DNA of 64,000 nt, from assembly GCA_963804955.1 (NCBI GenBank), contig CAWDSQ010000030.1:292650-356649 (forward strand), written 5' to 3'. The DNA comes from an uncultured delta proteobacterium (GTDB lineage Bacteria > Desulfobacterota > WTBG01 > CAIYCZ01 > CAIRTM01). A program made the translations under genes and the position numbers. The notes beneath the pieces are model-generated. The model saw only the letters and a list, made by a program, of their open reading frames with translations, was not told the DNA's origin and did not search any database. Shown here one piece after another: positions 33,134 through 44,768 of this stretch (its first letter is position 1; the number at the start of each line of letters is the position of its first letter).

Positions 33134-33856
33134 TTAAAAAAGGGCCTTGATGCTGAGCTCTGCCAGCTCCTTGCCCACGGCTTTCTCCATCATGTAGCCG
33201 CCGGGATCTTTCTCCCGGAAGTTTTGCCGGATGGCCTCCTTGCGCTCGTTCAAGCGGCTCATGTAGGCTTCGTCCCGGGGTTCGTCCTTTTCCCACAGCT
33301 GGTGATATATCGAAAGATACTCGACCGCCAATCCCAACAGATGCTCCTGGGACTGCCTGGTGCTGGGCGCAATATCGGCATTTATATAATAGGGCGATTT
33401 CATGGCGCGAAACCAACTGGGGTCGCGGGTGGATATCTCATGGTAGTGCTCGATGCCCCGGCTGTAGGCGCTGTCCAGCGGATCCAGATAGCGCTCCAGA
33501 TACGGGATGTCGCAGATGCAGTCGGCGGTTGGGCACAGGTCAAGGATGAAATAGCTGCCCTTGGCGCTTTCTGCCCAGAAGCAGATATATATGGGCAGGG
33601 CGTGGCGGTTGTCGGGCAGGATGTTGAGGGCATAGGACATGAGCCGGTCGCGGAAGGACGACTCGGTAATAACAATTTTTTCAAGCCCCGGAGCGGCGTA
33701 CAGATATTTATAGCTTGCAACAAGCCCGCCTCCCTGCAGGTTCCACAATGGGGTTATGTCCTGGCCGTCGTAGGTCTCCATGCGCCGGCCGCCGAACTTT
33801 TCGATTACCTTGTTCATTTCCCGGCCGAACGGCGGAAAGCTATAGTTTTCTGACAT
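33134..33856 (-). CDS. Ferredoxin-dependent bilin reductase / RCC-reductase-like protein
   Basis: LPIY..FILDLCP..YLERY..WFRAMKSPY..EYL..Y..LW..DPG pattern recalls the PcyA/PebA/RCCR fold; start MSENY after GGAGG. Confidence 0.6.
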   Translation of the reverse strand: MSENYSFPPFGREMNKVIEKFGGRRMETYDGQDITPLWNLQGGGLVASYKYLYAAPGLEKIVITESSFRDRLMSYALNILPDNRHALPIYICFWAESAKGSYFILDLCPTADCICDIPYLERYLDPLDSAYSRGIEHYHEISTRDPSWFRAMKSPYYINADIAPSTRQSQEHLLGLAVEYLSIYHQLWEKDEPRDEAYMSRLNERKEAIRQNFREKDPGGYMMEKAVGKELAELSIKALF

Positions 33857-34014
33857 GGCATTGCCTCCGGTATGTTTAAAGAGCAAAAGTGAAACTCGGC
33901 AGCTCTCATCCCTGCACAGAAACGGCAGGAATATAAATATTCATTTTATGTATAACTGTAAACCTAAATAAAGTCCAGTTTTTTTCAGGCAGCGATAGAT
34001 CATTCCATATCGTG

Positions 34015-34162
34015 TGCCCGTACGCGGCTCAACTAGTCCGCGTTACGGCTCTTCATAGAGCCTGCGGACCGCTCCTTAAGTATTCTACATTATCAGAATA
34101 AGTCCTGTCTTTACCAATAGTATGTGGAACGCAACACCGTGCGTGCAGGATACACACGGGCA
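34015..34162. ncRNA. Candidate multi-stem RNA / IS110-like non-coding remnant
   Basis: TGCCCGT/ACGGGCA closing stem around four hairpins. Confidence 0.4.
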
Positions 34163-34313
34163 GCTGTATTTTTTATATTATAACCATGCCTGCACCGTAC
34201 GGGTCATCTTGAAACACATTTACAACATCAGGTGTTTTGTGTATATGTTTTACCGTATATGGTTTTGATAATGGCCTACAGAAGTTAACGTAAAGTGGAA
34301 AGGTGCGGAGAAT

Positions 34314-35372
34314 ATGTATAAGATTGCAGTTGTACCCGGCGATGGAACCGGCCCGGAAGTGGTACGCGAAGGCTTGAAGGCCCTTGCCGCGGTAGCCCAA
34401 AAGAAAGGTTTTACCTACGAGCTTATAGATTATGATCTCGGCGGAGAGCGCTATAAGAAAACGGGCGAACTGCTGCCCGAAAGCGTTCTCGGCGAGTTTC
34501 GGCAGTGCAGCGCCATTTATCTCGGGGCCATCGGGCATCCGGATGTGAAACCCGGCATCCTTGAAAAAGGCATACTGCTGACCATGCGTTTTGAGCTGGA
34601 TCAGTATATCAACCTGCGGCCGGTGAAGCTGTTGCACGGGGTTGAGACGCCCTTGAAGGACAAGGGGCCGGAGGATATCGATTTCGTCGTTGTGCGCGAA
34701 AATACCGAGGGCCTGTATACCGGCGCGGGCGGCTTTCTTAAAAAAGGCACGCCTGATGAGGTGGCCATACAGGAATCGATTAATACGCGCAAAGGCGTGG
34801 AGCGCTGCATCCGCTATGCCTTTGATTTTTGCCGCAAGCGCGGCAGAGAGAAGAAGCTGACCTTTTGCGGCAAGACCAATGTCCTGACCTATGCCCATGA
34901 CATGTGGCAGCGCGTGTTCAACGAGGTTGGCCGCGAGTATGCCGATATAACCCCTGATTATGCAAATGTGGACGCCATCTGCATGTGGATGGTGAAGAAT
35001 CCCGAGTGGTTCGACGTGATTGTGACCGACAATATGTTCGGCGATATCATCACCGACCTTGCGGCCATGATACAGGGCGGCGTTGGAGTTGCAGCCGGCG
35101 GCAATATCAACCCGGAAGGCGTCTCCATGTTCGAGCCCATGGGCGGGTCTGCACCGAAGTATACGGGACAGAATGTCATCAACCCCATTGCCGCCGTTGC
35201 CGCAGTGCAGATGATGCTGTCGGTTCTCGGGCAGGAAGCGGCGGCAAAACTTGTTGAGGATGCAATACAAAAGGTCGTCAGCCAGGACATGAAAAGCATG
35301 TCGGCGGGCAGGATGGGACTTTCGACCAGTCAAATCGGCGACAGGATAGCAGACTATATTGCACGGGCATAA
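34314..35372 (+). CDS. leuB: 3-isopropylmalate dehydrogenase family
   Basis: GDGTGPEV, NLRP, VRENTEG and NMFGDIITD motifs. Confidence 0.9.
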   Translation: MYKIAVVPGDGTGPEVVREGLKALAAVAQKKGFTYELIDYDLGGERYKKTGELLPESVLGEFRQCSAIYLGAIGHPDVKPGILEKGILLTMRFELDQYINLRPVKLLHGVETPLKDKGPEDIDFVVVRENTEGLYTGAGGFLKKGTPDEVAIQESINTRKGVERCIRYAFDFCRKRGREKKLTFCGKTNVLTYAHDMWQRVFNEVGREYADITPDYANVDAICMWMVKNPEWFDVIVTDNMFGDIITDLAAMIQGGVGVAAGGNINPEGVSMFEPMGGSAPKYTGQNVINPIAAVAAVQMMLSVLGQEAAAKLVEDAIQKVVSQDMKSMSAGRMGLSTSQIGDRIADYIARA

Positions 35373-35394
35373 CAGCCTGATTATCATGTTAAGC

Positions 35395-35430
35395 AGAAGG
35401 CGCACAGGGAAACCCCTTTGCGCCTTTTCT
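35395..35430 (+). terminator. Probable leuB terminator
   Basis: AAGGCGCA..TGCGCCTTTT hairpin. Confidence 0.55.
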
Positions 35431-35569
35431 GTCGGGGCACAGCATAGTCTGTTTTTTATGGGAGGTTACACCTGGCAAGACATGCCGGGTCGCGGGTACA
35501 AGCAAATGGCCTGAAGCAGCTGCTTGATTCCGGCCGAAAGGATTGCACATCCTTCGTATGGCCGTAATC

Positions 35570-37672
35570 TCACTTGAGCCCTTTTTCGCGCAAAGCCTGC
35601 TGGATGCGTGATAATAAACCTTTGTTGATCTGCGCGCCAAGGCTTTCCGCTTTGAGCAAATCGGCATGAGCCTTCACAGTATCCCCCAGCCGGTAATATG
35701 CAACTGCACGGTTATTGTATGCTTCGGCATACTCAGGCCGGATTTCGATTGCGGCATCGAAGTCTTCAATAGCCCGGGGATAGTCGCCTTTTTTTACAGA
35801 GGCAAGCCCCCGGACATTATATGCTTCGGCATAATCCGGGTTTTCAGCCAGTGCCCTGGTTGCGTAATCAGCAGCCAGGGCATACTCGTCTCTGAGATAG
35901 GAGAGCGCAGCGCTTTGATACAGGAGCTGTTGGTGCGCCGGGTTGATCCGCAGCCCCTCCATGAGATCGGCACGGGCCTCATCATAGGCAAGCAGCTTTA
36001 TATGAATTTTAGCGCGGTACAGATACCCCTCTTCGTCCAGTGCATCATATGCCAGGTAGGCGTTCATGTCATCAAGAGCCAATGCATACTGCCCCAGCAG
36101 GAAAAGGCTTTTCCCCCGGTTAAAATAAGCTGTTTTAAAAGCAGGGTTCATTTCCAGAAGTTTTGTATAATCTTCGATTGCCTCCCTGTGTTTGCCCAGC
36201 ATGCTGTATACCGCACCCCGGTTGTTCAGTGCAGGCATGTTTTTTGGATCTATCCGCAGCGCCGACTGGCAGTCTTCAAGGGCCGGGCCGAATGCGCGCG
36301 CCTGCATATGCACCCTGGCGCGGCAATAGTAGGGGCGTGCTTTCATGGGCGATTTCCGCACCGTGTCATTCCAGAGCGTCAGTTCATCCCGCCAGACAGC
36401 ATTGCGGGCATAGGTCAGCATGCCGAACATCATGCAGGAGGCTATGATACAGGCCGTTGCGGCGGTTCTGTAGCTGCCGTCCAGAAAATACAATGGCGCC
36501 GCAGCGGCTATAATACAGAAGCCTGCCAAAGGCAGATACAGGCGGTGTTCAAAAATGACATCCGCCAGAACCAGTATGCTTGACTCGGTTAAAAGCGTGA
36601 CAAACCACCAGAGTATACCAAGACTTATCAGCCGGTAGCGGCGATAGCAAGCAGCTGCGCAGGCTGCCAGGAATAGAATAAGGATAAGGCCGGCCCAGGC
36701 ATCATGCATGAACAGGTCAGACACGACAGGGTAGGCGTAGTCAAGATTCTGGTTGAAGGGAAAAAGCGCCAAACGCACATATGTGCCCATAACGCGCAGC
36801 TGCGTCAGCAGGTACTGCCATCTGGAAATTTCGAGGTACCCCCCCGGAATTTCATGCATGCCGTGCGAGGCCACATCCGGCTTGATACAGTAGAGAAGTC
36901 CGTAGAGGCAGACAGCGGTAAAGGCAAAGAATGCAAGCAGCTGTTTGCCGTTGATGTGAAACCGCCGGTGCAGGAGCGTGCTTTCGAGCAGTACCAGCAT
37001 GAGCGGCAGGGTTGCCACGGTTTCCTTGGTGAATAATCCGGCAGCGGTCACGAGCCCCCAGGCCGCGTAGAGCACCATAACGCGGCAGGTAAAGCCGGTG
37101 CGCAGTTGCAGCAGGCGGGATTGAAGATAGAGGAAAACCGAGGCGATATAAAAGAGCGCTGCCAGAGAGGCGAGCCGCTGGACAATATACGTCACAGCCT
37201 GTGTCTGTGCCGGATGGACGGCAAACAGAAGTCCGCTCAGCCAGGCAAAGGTATGCCGGCTTGCATATATGCGCGTTTCCCTGATTGCCGGTGTCGAGCA
37301 CAGAAGCAGCGCAAGACGCCACACGAGCAGGGCTGACGATATATGGATCAGCAGGTTTATGAGATGGTAGCCGGTGACATCAAGGCCGTGGAAATAATAG
37401 TTCAGGGCAAAGGTTGTATAGGTGACAAACCGCAATGGCGCAAAGCGCCAGAGGAGATCAAGGTTGCGTATGTTTTTAATGGCGCCGTTTTCAATAATTG
37501 ACGTCGTATCATCAAGATGGAATGATGCGTTAAATGTATTGCTGTACGCAAGCAGCGCTGCCGCAGTGATGGCGAGCATCGGCAGCAGCCTCACGCACAG
37601 GCTGGCTGCCGGGATGCGCTGAGGCAGAGATGCGGGCGGCTGCTTTTCAGGTTGTGTGTTGTGCTCTGTCAT
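35570..37672 (-). CDS. TMTC-like membrane glycosyltransferase with TPR repeats
   Basis: FHLDD, LFAVHP..AV.Y, KE and EHRLYLP motifs, then a TPR array. Confidence 0.85.
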   Translation of the reverse strand: MTEHNTQPEKQPPASLPQRIPAASLCVRLLPMLAITAAALLAYSNTFNASFHLDDTTSIIENGAIKNIRNLDLLWRFAPLRFVTYTTFALNYYFHGLDVTGYHLINLLIHISSALLVWRLALLLCSTPAIRETRIYASRHTFAWLSGLLFAVHPAQTQAVTYIVQRLASLAALFYIASVFLYLQSRLLQLRTGFTCRVMVLYAAWGLVTAAGLFTKETVATLPLMLVLLESTLLHRRFHINGKQLLAFFAFTAVCLYGLLYCIKPDVASHGMHEIPGGYLEISRWQYLLTQLRVMGTYVRLALFPFNQNLDYAYPVVSDLFMHDAWAGLILILFLAACAAACYRRYRLISLGILWWFVTLLTESSILVLADVIFEHRLYLPLAGFCIIAAAAPLYFLDGSYRTAATACIIASCMMFGMLTYARNAVWRDELTLWNDTVRKSPMKARPYYCRARVHMQARAFGPALEDCQSALRIDPKNMPALNNRGAVYSMLGKHREAIEDYTKLLEMNPAFKTAYFNRGKSLFLLGQYALALDDMNAYLAYDALDEEGYLYRAKIHIKLLAYDEARADLMEGLRINPAHQQLLYQSAALSYLRDEYALAADYATRALAENPDYAEAYNVRGLASVKKGDYPRAIEDFDAAIEIRPEYAEAYNNRAVAYYRLGDTVKAHADLLKAESLGAQINKGLLSRIQQALREKGLK

Positions 37673-37986
37673 GGTGTTGGAAGCCTGCCCGGTGTCTTTT
37701 TATTATGCCGGCACGTAACCAATACAGGTTTTGTTCAGCTTCGGCTGTTTGGGTCTGGTCCAGGATGGGTAATACCAAAAAAGCTTTTACGGTGTCCAGT
37801 ATATAATATTTTGCGCTATGAAGCGCATTTTGAAGCATTGAGCCTGATAGGGCAAGGTGGAGTTTTGCTGTCCTATGCGGGGCTCTATCGTGAAACAGGC
37901 ACCGCCGCGGCAGCAGTCATTTTGTATTGTGCCGAACAGGTGGAGTCGTGTAATAAAGAAGTAATGGATATTCTGGGACCATCATT

Positions 37987-38521
37987 ATGAGGGAAGAGGC
38001 GCTATGCAGAGGGTATGTTCAGGTGTATACCGGCGATGGAAAGGGTAAGACGACGGCGGCCCTTGGTCTTGCGCTGCGGGCGGCAGGCGCCGGGCTCAGG
38101 GTCTTTGTGGCGCAATTTGTCAAGTCCGGTGAGTACAGTGAAATGAAGGCGCTGCGCCGGTTTGATGATCTGATCACCGTGCGGCAGTTCGGAACGGGGC
38201 GCTTTATTTCCGGTGCTCCTGATGAGGAAGACATTCGCGCCGCGCGGCAGGGATGGCAGGAGCTGAAAAGCATTATTGCCGCCGGCGCCTATGATGTGGT
38301 GGTGCTCGATGAGATTAAATATTGCGGTTTTCTATAATCTTATTTCGCCGGATGAATTGATTGATATGATTGAAAGCAGGCCGGTGCATGTCGAGCTTAT
38401 CATTACCGGCAGAAATGCCCATGAAAAGATTCTTGCCCGTGCGGATCTCGTAACGGATATGCGTGAGGTCAAACACTATTATGCCGCCGGCGTTCAGGCC
38501 CGCGACGGCATTGAAAAATAG
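37987..38521 (+). CDS. cobO: Cob(I)alamin adenosyltransferase (frameshift near 38315)
   Basis: YTGDGKGKTTAA, LDE, ITGR and KHYY..G. Confidence 0.9.
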
Positions 38522-38526
38522 CGCGC

Positions 38527-39216
38527 TTATTTTTTGAGTTTTGCCAGGTCCTCTTCAAATCTTTGCTTGATGCGCTGCTGGGTCTCGAACATTTTTTCAT
38601 TATTTTCAATACGCTGATCCATGTCCTGCAGTTTTGCGTCAGCGTCTTTCAATTTAGCCTGCTCCAGCTCAATAATTCTTTGTCCTTCCAGCGAGGGTGC
38701 ATCCCTTTCGTCTTCCTTCTTTATCCTTTCAATGCGCTCTTCGATTTTTTGTTTCTGCTGCGCATACTGATCTTTTTGTGCCATGAAAACGTTTTTGTTT
38801 TTCGCCAGATTATCAAGGTTGGCATTGATGACGGCAAGCTGATCCATAATAGAGCCGATTTGCTCCTGGGCCGCTTCTTTTTCCGACTTTGGTGCAGATG
38901 CCCTCTGCTCCTCATCCTCTCCCTCGTACTCAACGCTTTCAGCCGGCGGCCTGTTCTGCTCCGGCTCTTCCATCTCCACAGTTACCGTGCCGTCATTTGA
39001 TTTTATGTTTTTAATTATGGATTTTGGTATGGCAACAGCCCCTTCGCTCGTAAAAAACCGTATAACTGAGTCGTTATCCACGGAGTAGTGATCGGTAATC
39101 AGCTCATTGCCGTTTTTCAACTCCATGGTGAAATAGATGCCATGTGACGTGCCTGCCGACGCAAGCATTCCCAGACATCCGGCACAGAATAAAACCAAAC
39201 ATTTTACTGGCTGCAT
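38527..39216 (-). CDS. Hypothetical exported coiled-coil protein
   Basis: Signal peptide, charged heptad-rich C-terminus. Confidence 0.7.
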   Translation of the reverse strand: MQPVKCLVLFCAGCLGMLASAGTSHGIYFTMELKNGNELITDHYSVDNDSVIRFFTSEGAVAIPKSIIKNIKSNDGTVTVEMEEPEQNRPPAESVEYEGEDEEQRASAPKSEKEAAQEQIGSIMDQLAVINANLDNLAKNKNVFMAQKDQYAQQKQKIEERIERIKKEDERDAPSLEGQRIIELEQAKLKDADAKLQDMDQRIENNEKMFETQQRIKQRFEEDLAKLKK

Positions 39217-39242
39217 AATGCCCCCTGTATGGTCAAAATTAA

Positions 39243-39602
39243 TTACTGTTTTCCCTGCTGTTGAACCATTTTTTTTCGCGAAGAAGCATCGGCCTTTTGA
39301 TCGATTTTTTTCCAGGGCTCAAGGCTTTCTGTAATATCCAGTGACGTTGCGCCCGGTTTGCCGTTTAACCGTGCGCGTTCTTTTTGCATCATTCTCCTTG
39401 CGTGGTGCTGCAGCTGGAGTATTGCGGTATATTTTTTTAACTCTATGTTCCGGTCAAGACATTTTTCAACTGTTTGAGGATCGTCGCTCTGCAGCGCTTC
39501 TGCAAGCATTTCCCTGTCTGTTTGACTGAACCACCCTGCTTGCGCCGGCGTCGCAATTATAAAATTAATTAAAATAAAACAATATAATATATTTATTTTC
39601 AA
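39243..39602 (-). CDS. Hypothetical exported protein
   Basis: 119 aa, AQA signal peptidase site. Confidence 0.6.
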   Translation of the reverse strand: MKINILYCFILINFIIATPAQAGWFSQTDREMLAEALQSDDPQTVEKCLDRNIELKKYTAILQLQHHARRMMQKERARLNGKPGATSLDITESLEPWKKIDQKADASSRKKMVQQQGKQ

Positions 39603-39963
39603 TTTATATCTAAAGAAAAAAATAGTCTTTTGATCATTACTACTCCCCGTTCTTTATCTATCGTTCGAAAGAGGGATTTCTTGAATTTTTGTTGTGTCCG
39701 CAGCTTTACCAGACTGTTTTTCCTTATACTTAAATTATTGTATGCAAATCCAGCCTGCTGTAAATGGTTATTTTGGCAGTAAACCGGCAAAAGATATAAG
39801 ACCTCTGCCAGTGTTTGCTTTCTGTGTCAACATCTGATACTGTTTTACGAGGGTATACCCCATCATGCTTCTGCCGGAACAGGCCACAGTCTGGCTTTTA
39901 TGCCGTTGGCTGATGCCGGCACGTATCTTGTGATTGCTAATCTTTTTCACTCACATATATAAC

Positions 39964-40920
39964 ATGGAACAGGTATATATTACAGTCAGCCCGTCAGATG
40001 CCGGCAGACGGCTCGATGCGCTGGTTCCGGAAAAATATCCGGATTTCAGCCGCTCACAGGTTCAGAAAGCCATCAGGCTGGGGCAGGTGCGCGTAAACGG
40101 CGGGAGCGCCAAGCCGTCGCTGCTGCTGGCCGAGGGAGACCGGATAGAGGTCGATATCCCGGAACCGGTGCGGCTTGAGGCAATTGCGCAGGACATACCC
40201 CTTGACATTCTGTATGAAGACGAATGGGTTGCCGTCATCAATAAGCCGGCCGGCATGGTTGTGCATCCTGCCTGCGGCAACTATACGGGCACTCTTGTCA
40301 ATGCACTGCTGCATCACTGCACCAACCTTTCCGGCATCGGCGGCGTCATCAGGCCCGGCATTGTTCATCGACTTGATAAAGGCACGTCAGGGGTTCTGGT
40401 GGCGGCAAAAAACGATAAAGCCCATCGCAGCCTCAGCATTCAGTTCCGGGAGCATACGGTTACGCGTAAATACAAGGCCCTTGCTTTTGGCTCCTGGCCG
40501 TCCGACAGCGGAACGGTTCAGAGCCTTATCGGGCGCCATGTCTCTGACCGAAAAAAAATGTCGACTCAAACCAGGCACGGCCGCGATGCGATAACGCACT
40601 GGCGCGTTCTGGAAACCTTTCAAGGGGTTTCACTTGTTGAAGCGATGCTTGAAACCGGCAGAACGCATCAGGTCCGGGTCCATTTTTCGAGCATCAACCA
40701 CCCGGTGGTGGGAGATGATATGTACGGCGCCGACAAAAAGATAAAGCAGATTGCATCAAAGCGCATACTTGACCTGCTGCGGGCTGTGAAGCGCCCTTTG
40801 CTGCATGCCTATCATTTGACATTTTGCCATCCCGACACAGGCGCGCCTTTGACTTTTGAGGTTCCCCTGCCCGCGGATTTTGCAGACATGCTCGCACAGC
40901 TGAGGCTCTGGCATGCTTAG
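39964..40920 (+). CDS. rluD: RluA-family pseudouridine synthase
   Basis: S4 domain, NKPAG, HRLDKGTSG and TGRTHQ. Confidence 0.9.
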   Translation: MEQVYITVSPSDAGRRLDALVPEKYPDFSRSQVQKAIRLGQVRVNGGSAKPSLLLAEGDRIEVDIPEPVRLEAIAQDIPLDILYEDEWVAVINKPAGMVVHPACGNYTGTLVNALLHHCTNLSGIGGVIRPGIVHRLDKGTSGVLVAAKNDKAHRSLSIQFREHTVTRKYKALAFGSWPSDSGTVQSLIGRHVSDRKKMSTQTRHGRDAITHWRVLETFQGVSLVEAMLETGRTHQVRVHFSSINHPVVGDDMYGADKKIKQIASKRILDLLRAVKRPLLHAYHLTFCHPDTGAPLTFEVPLPADFADMLAQLRLWHA

Positions 40921-41538
40921 CGTCGGTCTTACCGGAGGCATTGCAAGCGGTAAAAGCTCAGCTGCTCGGCTGTTTGTACACAAGGGCGCCTGCCTTATCG
41001 ATGCCGACCTTGTTGCCCGCGACATCGTTCGTCCCGGTGAAGCAGGGCTTTCAGCCTGTTGTCGATGCTTTCGGCAGCGACATTGTCACGCCGCTGGGCG
41101 AGCTTGACCGGGTGAAACTTGGCGCTGTTGTTTTTTTCGACCCGAAAAAAAGAAAGCTTCTGGATGCAATTCTGCATCCGTTTATTATAAGCAGAATTTT
41201 CAGCCGCATAGGGGCTCTGCGCGACAGGGGATATCAGCGGCATTGTGATTGCCGACATTCCGCTTCTTTTTGAATGCGGCCTGCATGAGCGATTTGACAA
41301 AACCGTTCTGGTATATGCCGACCCGGAGACGCAGCAGCAGCGGCTCATATGCCGAAACAGCATCTCCCCGGAGTCGGCCCTGCAGCGCTTGAGCTCCCAG
41401 ATGCCTATTGATGCCAAGCGGCAGTACGCTGATTATATTATCGAAAATACAGGCTCTCTGGACGCGCTTGAGGCTCAGGTGGCTGCTGTCTGGCCATTGC
41501 TTTGCGGAATTCTTCAGAAAACAGATAAAATATCTTGA
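40913..41538 (+). CDS. coaE: Dephospho-CoA kinase (frameshifted)
   Basis: GLTGGIASGKS, LDR..LG, ILHP and IPLLFE in three frames. Confidence 0.9.
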
Positions 41539-41901
41539 CAATAAGTGGTTTTTTGTACTAGATATTTAAATAATTAAACTCACCGCACTATCCTACAAGC
41601 CGGTACGTTCTCTCCTGGAAGGTTTTTTTCGGCCCTCTCACTATCGAGATCAGGAAACTTACCGACCCAAAAAAAGTAGAATACTGCCCGGAGATTTTTA
41701 TAAAAGCCTTCGCAAGCAAAGCAAACACTATAACCCAGCAGTTTCACACGACGTACCGACTGACACTTCCATTGTCGATGAACATAGCAAACAATCCCTA
41801 CTTTCAAATATAATGCACTGCCATGCAGGACGGAACATCTGCATGAGCTGTGCCGGTGTCGGCTGCAACAAGACATACTAATCTGAGGAGATGTAATTTT
41901 G

Positions 41902-43150
41902 ATGAACCTGAAAGAGCTGAAGACAAAAAAGATCAACGACCTGATGGATTTTGCCAAGCACATGAAAATCGAAGGCTATTCCAGCATGCGCAAGCAGGAT
42001 CTTATTTTTGCATTGCTGCAGACCGAAATTGAAAAAAACGGACTCATCTATGGCGAAGGCGTGCTTGAGATTCTGCCCGACGGTTTCGGTTTTCTCCGGG
42101 CGCCCGACTATAATTATCTCCCCGGCCCGGATGATATTTATGTGTCGCCGTCCCAGATCCGGCGCTTCAATCTCCGCACCGGCGATACCGTATCGGGACA
42201 GATCAGGCCCCCGAAGGATTCCGAGCGCTATTTTGCCCTTCTGAAGGTTGAATCGGTTAATTTCGAAGATCCCGACCAGACGCGTGACAAGATACTGTTT
42301 GACAATCTCACGCCGCTGTATCCCAACAACATGATCAAGCTCGAAACGGCTGCAAACAGCCTTTCCGGCCGCGTTATGGACTCTGCTGGCCCCCATCGGC
42401 ATGGGGCAGCGCGGCCTGATCGTATCTCCGCCGCGCACCGGTAAAACCATGCTGCTGCAGAATATCGCAAACGCAATCAGCATAAATCACCCCGACGTCA
42501 TCCTCATGGTGCTGCTTATCGATGAGCGTCCTGAAGAGGTGACCGACATGGAGCGCCTGGTCAAGGGCGAGGTCATCAGCTCAACCTTTGACGAGCCCGC
42601 AACCCGGCATGTGCAGGTGGCCGAAATGGTGATCGAAAAAGCAAAGCGCCTGGTCGAGCACAACAAGGATGTCGTGATACTGCTCGACAGCATCACGCGC
42701 CTGGCGCGCGCCTATAACACCGTCGTGCCTCCCAGCGGCAAGGTTCTGTCCGGCGGCGTCGATTCAAATGCCCTGCACAAGCCCAAGCGGTTTTTCGGCG
42801 CAGCCCGCAATATCGAGGATGGCGGCAGCCTCACCATCATTGCCACGGCCCTTATCGATACGGGCAGCCGCATGGACGAAGTCATTTTTGAAGAATTCAA
42901 GGGCACCGGCAATATGGAGCTGTACCTTGACCGCAAGCTGACCGAGCGCCGCTGCTTCCCCGCCATCGACATCAACAAGTCGGGTACCCGCAAGGAAGAG
43001 CTGCTGCTGCCTTCCGATACGCTCAGCCGCGTCTGGCTGCTGCGCAAGGTTCTGCAGCCCCTTAATACGGTTGATGCCATGGAATTTTTACTTGAAAAAA
43101 TGAGCGATACGGATAATAATGAAGAGTTCCTTAATTCGATGAACAAGTAA
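41902..43150 (+). CDS. rho: Transcription termination factor Rho (frameshift near 42385)
   Basis: [22 protein letters not shown] and FEEFKGTGN motifs. Confidence 0.95.
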
Positions 43151-43174
43151 ATTTTGTTACAAGGAGTACAGTAC

Positions 43175-43378
43175 ATGAAAAAAGGCATCCATCCGGCTTT
43201 AAACCAAACGACGGTGACCTGCGCCTGCGGCAATGTTTTTGACACGCGCTCCACCAAAAAAGAGATCAGGGTTGAAATCTGCTCCGCCTGCCACGGTTTT
43301 TTTACCGGCAAGCAGAAGCTGATTGACGCTGCCGGCCGCGTTGAGAAGTTTAATAAGCGCTACGGTACTCAGAAGTAA
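43175..43378 (+). CDS. rpmE: 50S ribosomal protein L31 (Zn-binding type)
   Basis: MKKGIHP..CACG..CSACH.FFTG. Confidence 0.95.
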   Translation: MKKGIHPALNQTTVTCACGNVFDTRSTKKEIRVEICSACHGFFTGKQKLIDAAGRVEKFNKRYGTQK

Positions 43379-43495
43379 GCAGCGGTTGTGCGCAGACACG
43401 GCACTAGAGACGGGCGCACAGCGCCCCGGTGTTTTATGGAAGCGGGATTGTCATAATCCCGTCTTTCTTTTTTTAGCACACGAGGAATGCCCTTC

Positions 43496-44584
43496 ATGTC
43501 CATGTTTGATAAACTCGAGGAAGTCGTTGTCCGCTACAGGGATATTGACGTTCAGTTGAGCGACCAGTCCGTGTTTAACGATATGAAGCGGTATCAGGGG
43601 CTGACCAGCGAACGGGCAAAACTTGCGCCCATTGTTGAAGGCTATGAGCGCTTCAAGGAAATTTCCCGGCAGCTTGATGATAATAAAAAGCTTCTGGGTG
43701 ACAGCGATGAGGAGCTCAGGGAGCTTGCCCGCGAGGAGATCGCCCCGCTCGCCGAGCAGAAAGAAAAGATAGAGCATGAGCTGCAGCTGCTTCTGCTGCC
43801 GAAAGACCCTCGCAATGACAGGAATGTCATTCTCGAAATACGCGCCGGCACAGGCGGGGATGAGGCGGCCCTGTTTGTGTATGACCTTTTTCGCATGTAT
43901 TCAAAATATGCCGAGTCCCGGGGCTGGCGGATTGAAATCATGAGCCAGAGCGTCACGGGGCTCAGGGGGTTCAAAGAAGTTATCGCCCTTATTGAAGGGC
44001 AGGGGGCCTACAGCCAGCTGCGCTATGAAAGCGGCGTGCACCGGGTGCAGCGCGTTCCTGATACGGAAACCCAGGGCCGGATTCACACGTCGGCGGTTAC
44101 TGTTGCCGTGCTGCCCGAGGCCGATGATGTTGAGCTGGACTGCAATCCCGCCGATTTTAAATACGATGTCTATCGCTCCTCAGGCCCCGGGGGCCAGAGC
44201 GTTAACACCACCGACTCTGCGGTGCGCGTGACCCATATTCCGACCGGGCTTATCGTTACCTGCCAGGACGAAAAATCTCAGCTCAAGAACAAGAACAAGG
44301 GCTTGAAGATTCTCAAGTCGCGCCTGCTTGACCTTGCAATTCAGAAGCAGCACGATGAGATTTCCAAAGAGCGCAAAAGCATGGTCGGCTCCGGCGATCG
44401 CAGCGAGCGTATCCGCACCTACAATTTCCCCCAGGGCCGCGTAAGCGACCACCGCATCAACCTGACGCTCTATAAAATAGAACAGATTATGCTCGGCGAC
44501 CTGCAGGAAATAATTGATTCACTTGCTGCCTATTATCAGTCCGAAGCGCTGCAGGCCTCTGCCGAAGCGGCTGCAGCCACCTAA
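43496..44584 (+). CDS. prfA: Peptide chain release factor 1
   Basis: PxT (VPDT), GGQ and RTYNFPQ motifs. Confidence 0.95.
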   Translation: MSMFDKLEEVVVRYRDIDVQLSDQSVFNDMKRYQGLTSERAKLAPIVEGYERFKEISRQLDDNKKLLGDSDEELRELAREEIAPLAEQKEKIEHELQLLLLPKDPRNDRNVILEIRAGTGGDEAALFVYDLFRMYSKYAESRGWRIEIMSQSVTGLRGFKEVIALIEGQGAYSQLRYESGVHRVQRVPDTETQGRIHTSAVTVAVLPEADDVELDCNPADFKYDVYRSSGPGGQSVNTTDSAVRVTHIPTGLIVTCQDEKSQLKNKNKGLKILKSRLLDLAIQKQHDEISKERKSMVGSGDRSERIRTYNFPQGRVSDHRINLTLYKIEQIMLGDLQEIIDSLAAYYQSEALQASAEAAAAT

Positions 44585-44768
44585 CACCGGCCTTTTTTTA
44601 CCGAATTGCAGTCCTGCATTCATCCTTCGACGTGAGCCTGGAATCATGCTGCCACTGCCTGCAGGTACTTTTTCCTGATGCCTTTTTTACCATCTTATGG
44701 TATATTCGTTTAATGCTTAATTAAAAATAATTATAAATTTATATATTTAACAGCAAAACGGAGTTGTC

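Noticed and set aside
35395..35430. c-di-GMP-I riboswitch (CGCACAGGG.AAACC)
   Set aside because: The rest of the aptamer is missing; position and T-run fit a terminator.
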